NCBI GenBank assembly: GCA_003971905.1
Contig: RSEE01000086.1
Span: 62,001-126,000 of the forward strand
Length of the DNA: 64,000 nt
Reading direction: 5' to 3'
From: Moniliella sp. 'wahieum'
Lineage: Eukaryota
Of the stretch, positions 39,617 to 50,208 are shown piece by piece. The position numbers and the translations under genes are program-made. Positions within the stretch are counted from its first letter, which is position 1. Every line of letters starts with the position of its first letter. The notes below the pieces were generated by a model. The model was not told where the DNA came from. It did not search any database and saw nothing but the letters and a program-made list of their open reading frames with translations.

Positions 39617-39722
39617 AGCAGGCGGAGGGCGCCGGGCGGAATTGTGTGGCGCGCACGGCGGGACGAGGGCTGCCTAATGGACAGCTGGACGAGTGTAACC
39701 GGTAACCACCCCCACCTCCACC

Positions 39723-42169
39723 ATGCCTCCGCGCGTGCTCTACCTCTGCCCCTGCACGCTCACCCGCCTCAACGTCCCCCCGAGCACGCCGTCTCCATCG
39801 GGGACGACGATGTGCCCGCGTTTGTGCCGCCCGTGCCCTCGGCCGACGCGGCGGCGGCGTACGGTATGTGCCGCTGGACTACCTGTACTTTTGCGAGGAG
39901 TGCTCGGCGCTGCGCTGTCGGCGGTGCACGACGAGCGACGTGGCGTCGTTCTACTGTCCGCTGTGCATGTTCGACATGCAAGCAGTCAACGTCAAGGCGG
40001 ATCGGAACCGGTGTCCGCGCAGCTGCTTTGTCTGTCCATCTGCACGCATGGGCTCACCATCTCCGCCACGGACCCGAGCCACGCCGCCGACCCACTGACG
40101 CAGGCGGCCAGCGTCGGACAGCCACCGTACTACCTGTCCTGTTCTTCTGTCGCTGGGACTCGAAAGAGATGGGATCAGCTTTGACAAGCCGACGGCCTGG
40201 CGCTGCAGCTGCAAGCCACCGAGGAACATGCCCCCGACATTCTCGAGTACGAGCGACTTGCGCACCTCGAAACGCCGCTTCGCCAACGCCCTCGGTCGCC
40301 GCACACGGCATTTATGCCTTCCCGTTCAGGCCCTGGCGCCAGCCCGGCCTCCTCCGCATTCGTCCCGGCTGCCGGGTCAAAGTTGCTTCGTGACCTTCCG
40401 TTTTTGGCTTCGCCCTCGGCGCACCTGCCGCCCAGTGGGAGCGGGTCGGCACAGACGGAAGCGGCGTGGGACGCCCTCCCGCCCTACGCCGCCTTCACCG
40501 CCTACACCTCGGGGCAAGACACGAGCGACCGCACGTCGCTGGGGCCGCTCGCGTCCAAGGCTGAGTATTCGGCGCGGGGTGGGCAAAGCGCTGGGCGCGC
40601 CGGTGGCTGGGCCAGGGTCAGACGCGACCGAGTTGGGTTTCTATGCATCTTCGACGCTGGAGCAAAAATGGGCCAATGGGTGGGACCACCGGTACGGGCC
40701 AAGGCGCTCATGCCGCCGGGCACCACTCAAGACCAAGGTCACCCGCCGCTGCGGCGTCTGCTCTCACATTCTCGTCCGGCCCGACGGGAAAACGACAATG
40801 ACCAAATTCAAAATCAAGTTGCTAGCCAACGCCTACTTGCCTCTATTGGATTGCCGCCCGGCCCATCCGCAACCAGCATGGGCCACGACGCTCAACCGGG
40901 ATCGCGACCGGGCGCTGCGCGGCTACCCGCTCCACACGCCCGGAGCACACACCCTCTCCGTCGGTCATGGTCATGGTCATGGTCATGGTCTCGATCCGCC
41001 CGAAGGACGAGGAGACGCGCGGCCCGACTGGCAAACGGGCGAGCCACCTGACCCTGAGCCGGAGACAAGAGGAGGAAGGCGTGCTGGACACGAACCGGTT
41101 GCTACCGGGCCATACGTATGTGTTTGAGCTGACGCTGACCAACCCGCTGGAGGATGGGATGAAGGTGCGTTTGTATGTCGGGCCGGCACCGTCGACGAGC
41201 GTGACGGTACCGGTGGAAGCGCACGCCCAAGCCCAAGCCAGGCCCAAGCTCAACCGCAAGAAGAAGGAGAACCGTCGCCGGAAAGGGTAACCAAGCAAGT
41301 GCGTCTCTGGCGTTTGGCACCGAGCACTACCTCGTTTGAGTTGGGTGCGGCCAGCATGTTGCCGTTGGACGATGAGGATGAGCTGTTGGCGCCCGGGCGC
41401 GGCAACGAGTACGACCAAGATGCCGCCAGTGGCGATGGCTCGCTCTCTGGCTCGGGCTCCGACTCGGAGTCGGAGGACGACTATGCCTATTCCAACCGGT
41501 ACGACGCCGAGGCGCACGTGGGCAAGCGCGAGCGGCTCATAGGGCCAGCCGGTCCGGCAGCCGGGGACGAGAAGAAGAAACGGCGGACAAAGGGCGGGGA
41601 AGGGGGGCATTGTGCGTCGCGCGAGCGAACGCGACGACGATTGCGCTGGAACTGTCATTGGGCAACATGCCACCGGACCTATCGAAGCTGCGGTCCGCGT
41701 CGCCTTCTCCTACACCCCCGACGGTACTGCTGCGCCCCCAACGCGCACCCCCACCCAGCCCGACGCGGCCGACTCAGACCAACGTGCACTCAGTTTCTGG
41801 ACCAGCATCTACCTCGGCCACTGTGCGCCCCGCCCACACGACCCGCTGCCCGGCGGAACAGCTTCCTTGGCCTCGGCCCACTCTACTCGCCCGGCTTCCC
41901 GCATCGCATCTCCCACCCCGGCCGCAGCCAGCGCGCCAGAGCGCGGTACGCCGACGCCCAGCACACCCACTGCCGATGAGGACGCGACGGCGAGAACGGG
42001 CGCGGCGGACGCAGTGGACACGGCGGACACGGCGGGGGCGGGACCGCTGCCGCGCCCGCCTCCGATCACCGTGACGGGTGTCTCGTCTTCGTCTGACCCG
42101 TCGAGGCGGAGGAAGAATGAGCGGAGGGGGGGGGCGAATGCATGCATTCCGTTGCAGCAGACACGATAG
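39723..42169 (+). CDS. DCTN4: Dynactin subunit p62; frameshifted; 3' end approximate
   Basis: LYFCEECSALRCRRC..FYCPLCMFD..NRCPRSCFVCP, YLSC.FCRWDSKEMG, PLKTKVTRRCGVCSHILVRPD..KFKIKLLANAYLP, FELTLTNPL. Confidence 0.9.
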
Positions 42170-42556
42170 ACGGAGAGACGGAGGGAGCAAGCGAGGGATT
42201 GTTACGACGGAGGGACAGCGAAAGCACATCACGTGACGCACGGGGGGGGTGCACGTTGAGATGGTAGGCACGGGGGCAGTGTCGCCACGGGCGCTGGGCC
42301 TCGATCGGACGGGCCAGAGGGCACGGGGGCAGTGAGATGCATTAAAATACCCCAGCTGCCGGGGCTGCCACATGTCAGCTCGATCGCATTGCCCATCGCA
42401 GCCATGCGCCTCAGCAGCAGCTCGGGCCACCACCTTCCCGCTGGACAGACTGTCCTCAGCATCCCCAGCGCCATCCTCAGCTCCATTTCCATCGCCACTT
42501 CCATCTCTACTTCCATCTCCACTTCCATCCCATCCCGCTTCCCCCCCACCACCACC

Positions 42557-43538
42557 ATGCCCGCCACTCCGCCCAGCAAGCCCTCCGCTTCCCTGCCTAC
42601 CCCTGCGCCGTGCGGCCCGCCGCCGCCTGCCTCCTCCTCGTCCACCTCCAGCGGCCCCGCCGTGCCCTCCGCCTGCGCTACATCTCTGCCCAAGATGCAG
42701 CGGCGATTGACCAGGCGCTGATGGGGCCGCGCCACAAGTTTAGCCTCGACCAGCTCATGGAGCTGGCCGGCCTGGCGTGTGCGCAGACCGTGTTCGAGAC
42801 CTACCCGCCGCCCCACTTCCCTACCGTTCTCGTTGCCTGTGGGCCTGGCAACCAGGGAGGCGATGGGCTGGTGGCCGCGCGCATCTGCACCATTTCGGGT
42901 ACGAGGTGCAAGTGTGGTACCCCGTCCGAAGCAAGCCGAGCTATTTGAGCGGCTGCGCACCCAACTCGACGCGCTTCACATTCCCATCTTGGCACGGACG
43001 AATTTGAGGATGCGTACAACCAGTGTGACGTGGTGCTGGACTGCATCTTTGGGTTCTCGTTCCACGGCGCGCCGCGCGATCCGTACAAGCACGCAATCGA
43101 CCTGCTGACCAACGAATCGATTATGGAATTCGAGCAGCGCCGCCACCGGCCGCCGATCGTGTCGGTGGACTTGCCGAGCGCGTGGGACGTCAACCAAGGC
43201 ATGTCAACCACACCTTTGTCCCACAGGTCTTGCTCTCCCTTACGGCGCCCAAGCTCGGCGCGCAGCTCTTCCACGGCCAGCACTTTCTCGGCGGCCGCTT
43301 TGTCCCCGACGACCTCGACCGCCAATTCGACCTCTTCCTGCCTGCCTACCCGGGCGCATCCCAGATTGTGGATGTGACGGGGGCGCACGCCCTGAGCGAC
43401 CAAGACGTCGCCGCGCTTCGAGCGAGGCCCCGCGCGGCTCCACCGCCTCGCCGCGCCAGTCGCCCGAGGCCTAGCGCGTACATAGCACAGACCGCGCAAT
43501 TCAGTATGCTACACTCGGATCATACCGCCCGTCGATAG
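42557..43538 (+). CDS. NNR1: NAD(P)H-hydrate epimerase (YjeF N-terminal domain); alternative upstream ATG at 42404
   Basis: [96 protein letters not shown]. Confidence 0.93.
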
Positions 43539-43599
43539 AAGCTAAGGGAGTGGACAGCGTGGTTGACGGATGGAGGTGCGGTGTGTGTGTGTGTGGTTG

Positions 43600-44999
43600 G
43601 GTGGGTTGGAGGGGGCGAACGCAGTTGGGGGTCGGCTCGCGGCTTCTCTCTGCTTGGAGCGCAAGATGGCTACGCCAAGCCAAAGCAAGCTCCAGGAGCA
43701 GGAGCGCGGGGGGGACACTGGCCTGCTGCGAGCAACGGCAAGGCAAGCGCACAAGCAACGCACCTCCGCCCGCCCCGCTCCGCCACAACGACGGCCAGAG
43801 GGAGCTGCCACCGGCACGCGCCACTGCTCCGGCCGCCATGCCATGCCCAGCCTCGTGCGGCGCACCTTGAAGCGCATCTTCAGTTCCCGCCGCCTGCGCC
43901 GCCCCGCTCCCCGCCTCCTGTCCCCGTCAGTCCTGCCGACGGCCATCCGAGCGGCCCGTACGCGTCCAGGCCGAACCAGAGCCGCAGTTGGACCCAGCTG
44001 CCGACCCAACCTCCCACGCGAGCCCGACCTGGGATGGCCCCGCGCCAGGTCCCACCAGCGCTCCTGCGCCTTCGTCCTACGCCGCTCGACCGCCGCCGTC
44101 GTCCTTCCCGATTGGAAGAGGGGAGGCCAAGTTCGGCCTCGGCCTCAGCCTCGTCTGCCTGCAATGCCTCGTCGGTTGCCCTGCCTATACCAGGCACCAG
44201 TCCTGCCCCGCCGCGCGCGTTCACTGCCTCGGTCGACTCGGTTGATATGATCAATCCATTTGATGGCTGCAGCTGGGCCGGGTGCCTGCTGTGCTGGCCC
44301 AGCAGCGCGAGCGGGCAGGCAGCTTGCCCTCTGGCGCTGGGATCGCCACTGCACCATACGCCCATGTACCACATACGACACACACAAGCGACGCGCGGCT
44401 TCCACCGCCACTGGCGCCTCTTGTGCGCCCCGCCCACTGCCCCGCCCCAACCGGCTGGTAACCGCGTTGGACTGGAACGACGCGATGCAGAATCGGGTGT
44501 GGGCGCGGCGGCGAAGCTGCGCCACCCTACCCAGAGCAGCTCCCAGTCCCGCCCACCGTGGACCAAGCCCATGCCGCCACCGCCGTCCGCACGGCTGCAT
44601 TCCCATTCAGTCCTCGGCTTCACCTCCTCCCAGACGGCGCTGCACCAGCGTGCGGTGCAAAAGATCCATGCGTACCAGGGCATGTCATCCCCACGCGCTC
44701 CTTCGCCCGGGGAGAAGCCGAAGCAGAGAAGCAGAAGAAGCGGCAGCGGCGGAGGCACTGCGGTCGTCGGCGTGGCCGTTGCGCCGGCCCCGGCGCAGGG
44801 GGGGAAGCAACGACGAGCGCGCGGTCCAAAGCGGCGCGACGGACCACGCCAGGGCCGGGAACGAGGCGCGGCAGTCGCGCTCGTCGTCGACGCTGTGCTC
44901 GTCCCGCAGCGAGCGGGACCACGTGGCTGGCGAGCGCGGGGCGTAGCGGAGGGGATGGGGGTGGGGGAGCAGCGGGGGCAGAGGCAGACTGACAGACAA
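43600..44999 (-). CDS. Hypothetical protein, possibly membrane-associated; boundaries uncertain
   Basis: Minus-strand frames give LLLLLCFGFSPG..DDMPWYAWIFC and ATDEALQADEAEAEAELG..SWVQLRLWFGLDAYG. No family recognised. Confidence 0.3.
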
Positions 45000-45244
45000 T
45001 GTTCGTATTCACCTGAGCCGCAACCTCCCATTTCATAGCACTCGCACTGCAATTTCAAACAGGTGTCGCATCTCAGCTGAGTACTAGGTAGCGCACGCCA
45101 CACACTGCCCCCCTGCGCGCATCGGCGCGGCGGTTGGCTGTCGCCACGTCGCACCGCAGTCACCTGACCTGACCCAGCCGACTGCCCAGCAGCACCACCT
45201 GCACTTCCACCACCACTTCCACCACCCCCATCGCCCCCCCGGCC

Positions 45245-47079
45245 ATGCTCGACTTCTTCGGCGCCCCCAGCGGCAGCAAGGAGCCGCGCAAGCCCCACCC
45301 CCGCGTGCCAGTCGTCAAGACCACCACCGTCAAGCGCCGTGCTGCTCCGGCGCCTGCCGCGCGTGCCCCCGCCCCCTCCGCCCCGCCACCACCAACGCGC
45401 TCTCTGCCGACGTGCGCGCGCGCCTGGCACGGGAGCGCGCCGCCCGCACCCCGACCCCCGCTACGGATACCAGTTCTGACCGCCCGCGCAAGCGCCCCGT
45501 CCTTCCCAGCGCAGCAAGCAGCCTTCGCCCACCCCGCCTTCCACCCCCTCCCAGTCGAGCGAGAGCGAGCAAGAAACCGACACGGGAAACGAACACAGCA
45601 GCCACCATGATCACGAGAGTAGGAGCGGGAGCCAACGTTCGCGCCGTCGAACGTCGAGTCCGCGCCGGCGCAGGGACACAGCCTCGGTCTCGAGTCCTGT
45701 GCCGAGCGGGATGGCGCGTCTGGGCCGGAGCGGGGTTGCGTCCGAGTACAATGTGCCGCGTAAGTGTGGTGGAGGCGGCGTATGAGCGTAGCAAGTACCC
45801 TGTGCTGAGTTCGCGCCAGCTGGTGCGGCAGACGGGGTCGCAGGCGTTCCAGCCGTTTTTTAAGGACTTGGCGCCGGACACGGTGGCCACGCTCGAGTAC
45901 CCGGCTATGGATGCGCAGGAAACTTTCTGCTCGTCTCGCCGCGTTCGGAGGAAGAGTACGACCCGATTGCTGAGCTGCTGCGAGCAGTGTATGCGATGGT
46001 GGCAGCCTACGTTGATCCGGCTGTGGCGAGCGAGAGGTTTGGGTCGCTGGACGATCTCGAGACGGGACCTACGTCGCTGGCGCCTCGGTTGCGGATTCAC
46101 ACGCCCTCGGCACCCGCTACGCCCAACCACGTCCCGCCTTCCTCCTCCTCTTCCCGCCGCAGGAGGAGCCGATCCTGCGCTCATTCACCAAGGCGCGCAA
46201 CCGGCGCGACGGCACCCTCTTCCTCCACACTCTCGACCGGTTCAACCACACCTTGCGCGCACTCAAGGCGTCCGGCTCGGTGCTGGAGGTGATGCGGCGG
46301 CAGACCGAGACCGAAGGTGTGCCTGAGGTGGTGTGGTCGGTGATCCAGGCACAGTGCTACGCGCGCGCGGTCGGACCGCACGTAGAGGGCTTGGCGGAGT
46401 ACCAAGCGTTTAGCGATAACGTCTATGGCGAGCTCTTGCCCGTGTTTATGAGTGAGATTGCGCAGCTGACCCAGCTCGGTCCGGGCAAACACTTTCTCGA
46501 TCTCGGCAGCGGCGTGGGCAACCTGCTCGTCCAAACTGCCATCCAAACGGGCGCGCGGGCCGACGGGGTAGAAATCATGAAGAATCCCGCGGCGTGCGCC
46601 GAGGCGCAGTTGGCCGAGGCGCGATCCCGGTTCCGCATGTGGGCACTCGAGGCCGGACCAATGCAAGCGTGGCGCGCAGACTTTTGCGACGACAGCCGCG
46701 TGCGGCGCGCATTGGCGTTGGCAGACGTGGTGTTGGTCAACAACTATGCGTTTACGCCAGCCACCAACGAGACCTTGTCGCTACAGTTTCTCGATTTAAA
46801 AGACGGGGCGCAAATTGTCTCGTTGCGCCGTTTGTGCCGCACGACTTTAAACTGTGCGAGCGCACCTTGTCCTCCCCGCTGGCCATCTTGCGCGTCGAGG
46901 AACGCGAACACGCACGTGGCGCCGTCTCCTGGGCCGAACGGTCGGGCAAGTACTACATTCATACCGTCGACCGCTCCTTGGTACGCACCGTCGCCTCGGC
47001 CCTGGCCAGCTCGCCGCAGCGCAAGCATCGGCCCAAGTACCGCCGTCAGCCCGACGAGTCGGACGACGAAGACAGTTGA
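45245..47079 (+). CDS. DOT1: Histone H3K79 methyltransferase; frameshifted
   Basis: TLEYP, QCYARAVGP..LAEYQAFSDNVYGELLP, FLDLGSGVGNLLVQTA, ADVVLVNNYAF, FLDLKDGAQIVSL, VSWAERSGKYYIHTVDR. Confidence 0.93.
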
Positions 47080-47584
47080 GCGCAGAGTGCTGAACGCGGA
47101 GCACTGAACGCTGGACGCTGGACGCTGAATATGCGGAGCATCAAGCTCAGAGCTGCTGATTCCCCCCCCCCTCCCATCCAGGAGCGGCGGCTGGCTGGAC
47201 CCAATGCGCGAATCGAATGATACCAGGCGACTCGCCTCCTTGCTGGGTCCCCTGGCTTTTTTGCCCACCCATCCTATTCCCTATTCACCCACCCTCGATG
47301 CTTAGTCTGGGAGTCTGGTCTGCGACCAATAGAGTGCCATATATTTTGGGGGGCGGGGGCAGTACGTACAAAGTACGAAGTACGAAGTCCTAAGTACGCT
47401 CCCAAGGCGAGGCCGGGGCCAATTGGATGGCCTTTTGCAAGGGGCGCCCTGTGACATGCGACATGGGCCGCCCCACCCATGGCCGTATACGAATGCGCTG
47501 CCCTAGGAGGACGGTAGCTGCCCCGCGTCCCTAGTAGCCATCGGCCTGGTCCTAGCCAAGATCACGGCCATCGCCATCGCCGTA

Positions 47585-47630
47585 GGAATCGGATTCGGAT
47601 TCGGATTCAGATTCAGAATCAGAATCAGAA
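47585..47630. repeat. Hexamer microsatellite grading from (GGATTC) to (AGATTC) to (AGAATC)
   Basis: Directly visible. Confidence 0.8.
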
Positions 47631-48507
47631 ACGGGTTAGCCAGTGGCCATCCCCGATGCGTAGCGACCAACTGGATCGCTGCACCAGCTTGACTTGAATC
47701 TTATGCGGCAACTGGATCGCGCCACCCGCTTGCTTGATCTTGTACTCGGCCGCGGCCGAGACACGGAGCACCCCGCACGACACGCGACGCACCACGCGCC
47801 ATCACCACCACCACCGTCTGCGACGCCAACCGGGTGGGACGCCGAGGCACTACACGCCAACCCTACTCGGACGGGGGAAGCAGCTCGCACGCCTGCTCCG
47901 CCCAGCCCCCGCCCAGCGCCACTGTATCCTCGCCGCAGCCGCCTGTGCTGCCCCCTAGGGTTATGCGGTGCCTGCAGCGTCCGCCGGGATACAGCTCAGT
48001 GACAGGGTGGTACATGTGACGGCTGTAATACAGATGACGTCATAACGACACGTGACATGTCACACGAAGCTCGCCAATGAATGAATGAATGAACAGCTAC
48101 TGTGACTGCGTCCTGACGGATGGAGACCCGATGCGTTCACGGCGGCCTACGGTGGCTCGCTCGCTGCGTTCGGCCTTAGCCTAAGACGTTAGGGCCACCG
48201 CCGCCCAGCACCAGCCCGAGCCGCGTCTAGCAACCAACCAACCAGTACGACAGGGGGAATCGACATTCATAAAAACATAGCCAGCTTCGCCAGCTTCAAA
48301 TCATGGGCCACATATGGGGATCTGGGAACGTGTATAGGATCGCTGCGCCTCTCGGGCGCAGACGTAGCACGGATGAGGTGGGGGGGGGGGGATCGAACGG
48401 TCCAGAAGACCAGGCATAAGGCCTAAAGGCCAGACACAAACACAAACAGAAACACAAACACAAAACAAAACTATGCCGGACGAGGCGGCACGGGTGGTAG
48501 GGTGGTA

Positions 48508-50208
48508 TTAGCTGCGCCCCGCCGTCCAGGGCTCGTGCAGCCGCGCGCGCGGGCGAGCATGCGAAGCGCGGGAGAACGAGGAGGCAGGCGCAGAAGCTGA
48601 AGACGAAGTGGGAGCTGAGGCCGAAGCAGAAGCAGAAGCAGAGGCCGTCGAGCGGAACAGCAGGGACATCATCCCGGCACCGAGCGCCATAGCCACGGCC
48701 CCAGGCGAGGGGAGGTAGTAGTAGCGCCGGTTTCCGAGCCGAAGGGGGCGGGCGGTCGTGGCTCGGAACGTCTTTGGGCGGTGGATCTGGGCAGGTATCC
48801 GGGCAGGCGTCCGGGCAGGCGTCCGGACGAGGATCTGGGCGGGGACACGACCGCGAGTGGAAAGGGAAGGAAAAGCGGCGAGCGAGGAAAGGGTGGTAGC
48901 ACCCCACGTCGTAGCTGGTCCCACTTTATCTTTGCCCCAGCGCAAGCCATCTTCGATGCTCGTCTTTGCGCGCGACGCGGCCGAGTGCAGCTTTCGACCG
49001 CGGGCCGATGCATCGTCGTACGCTGTGAGGAGGTAACTGAGACTCATCAGCACGCCCAGCGCCAGCAGCGCAGCCGAGCTCAGGCTCGCGGCAAACCCAA
49101 ATTGAAGCAACGGTTTGATCGAGTGGGAGAGCGGGGCGGGAGGACGCGGGAGCGCAGGATCAGTGTCAGTCCCGGGGGGACGAGGGGGCGCCGACGTGAA
49201 GCGATGCGTGCGGCGATGGTGCGTGCCTGGCTGGGGCGACGGTCGTTCCTGCGAGAAAGAGGTGCGACGGGTGGGAAGAGAGGTGGTGCGGGGAGGGGGA
49301 GGCGGGTAGGAGAGAGACTGCGAGAGCGAGTGCGAGTGCGAGTGCGAATGCGAATGCGAATGCGAGGGGGTCGCGGTTGAGGGTGCGAGTCCAGTGGCAA
49401 CGGTGCATGCAGAGGCGTGTCGACGGAAACCGGGCGGGAAGAGCGGCCGCGGGCAAGCTCCCAGTCGCTGCAGTCGGTCTGGCGAGGAGGGACGAAGGAG
49501 ATGGGGGTACTGGTGGTGCGAGAGCGGTGGTGGGCGCTGGAGTGCGCTCGTGGAAAGGGTGGGAGAGGGAGAGAAGAAGTGTCCTGCGCACGGGGGAAGA
49601 CGCACCCCGCTCTCTCGAATCAGAATCCGTGCCGAGCTGGAAGCTAGTGCGGAGGAGGGTGCTGCTGCGCGTCGGAGGCGGACGAGGATACGAGACGCGC
49701 GGGATCGCATCGGGGGGCGAGCGTCCCCCATCGGAGGGGAGACGTGGACGGGGTAGGTCCACTGGGTGGAGCTGGTGGAAGAAGCGGAAAAAAAGGTACG
49801 AGCCGAGTCGTAGCTGTTATGCCGGCGGTGCCCGCGCGCCGAGGCAGGCGCCGACGAAGCCGGCGGCACATGCGAACCATTCGCGGCATCGGTACCGACA
49901 AGGCGGGGCGTAGGCAGCGGCACGGGCAGCTCGGCGCTGGACATCGCGTGGTGCTGCGCTTGGCGCAGCTCGGCGCGCGCAAAGAGCAGCTGCTCAGAGG
50001 GCGTGCTGGGGCGTTCGTAGAGAGGTGGGCATGGCCTAGATGCTGGGGGGAGGTGTTGCACAAGTGCAGACGCAAGGGCAGCCGGGCATGCAGATGGCGG
50101 TCGGCGGCGGAGCTGGACAGCGGAAGGAGGGAATGGCAGGCAGGAGACAGTGCGGGGGACGGGGTGGCGGGACGGTGCGCAAGAGGCAGCTGTGCGGTGT
50201 ATAACCAA
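48508..50208 (-). CDS. Hypothetical Ser/Pro-rich protein with 1-2 C-terminal hydrophobic segments
   Basis: 566-codon ORF; LLQFGFAASLSSAALLALGVLMSLSYLLTAYDD and YYYLPSPGAVAMALGAGMMSLLFR; (SH)n run encoded by a hexamer repeat at 49326-49365. Likely start is MSSAELP near 49944. Confidence 0.5.
   Translation of the reverse strand: MVIHRTAASCAPSRHPVPRTVSCLPFPPSAVQLRRRPPSACPAALASALVQHLPPASRPCPPLYERPSTPSEQLLFARAELRQAQHHAMSSAELPVPLPTPRLVGTDAANGSHVPPASSAPASARGHRRHNSYDSARTFFSASSTSSTQWTYPVHVSPPMGDARPPMRSRASRILVRLRRAAAPSSALASSSARILIRESGVRLPPCAGHFFSPSPTLSTSALQRPPPLSHHQYPHLLRPSSPDRLQRLGACPRPLFPPGFRRHASACTVATGLAPSTATPSHSHSHSHSHSHSLSQSLSYPPPPPRTTSLPTRRTSFSQERPSPQPGTHHRRTHRFTSAPPRPPGTDTDPALPRPPAPLSHSIKPLLQFGFAASLSSAALLALGVLMSLSYLLTAYDDASARGRKLHSAASRAKTSIEDGLRWGKDKVGPATTWGATTLSSLAAFPSLSTRGRVPAQILVRTPARTPARIPAQIHRPKTFRATTARPLRLGNRRYYYLPSPGAVAMALGAGMMSLLFRSTASASASASASAPTSSSASAPASSFSRASHARPRARLHEPWTAGRS

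Noticed and set aside
39723..42169. Functional ZW10-dynactin gene cluster
   Set aside because: The genes are over 30 kb apart with unrelated housekeeping genes between them.
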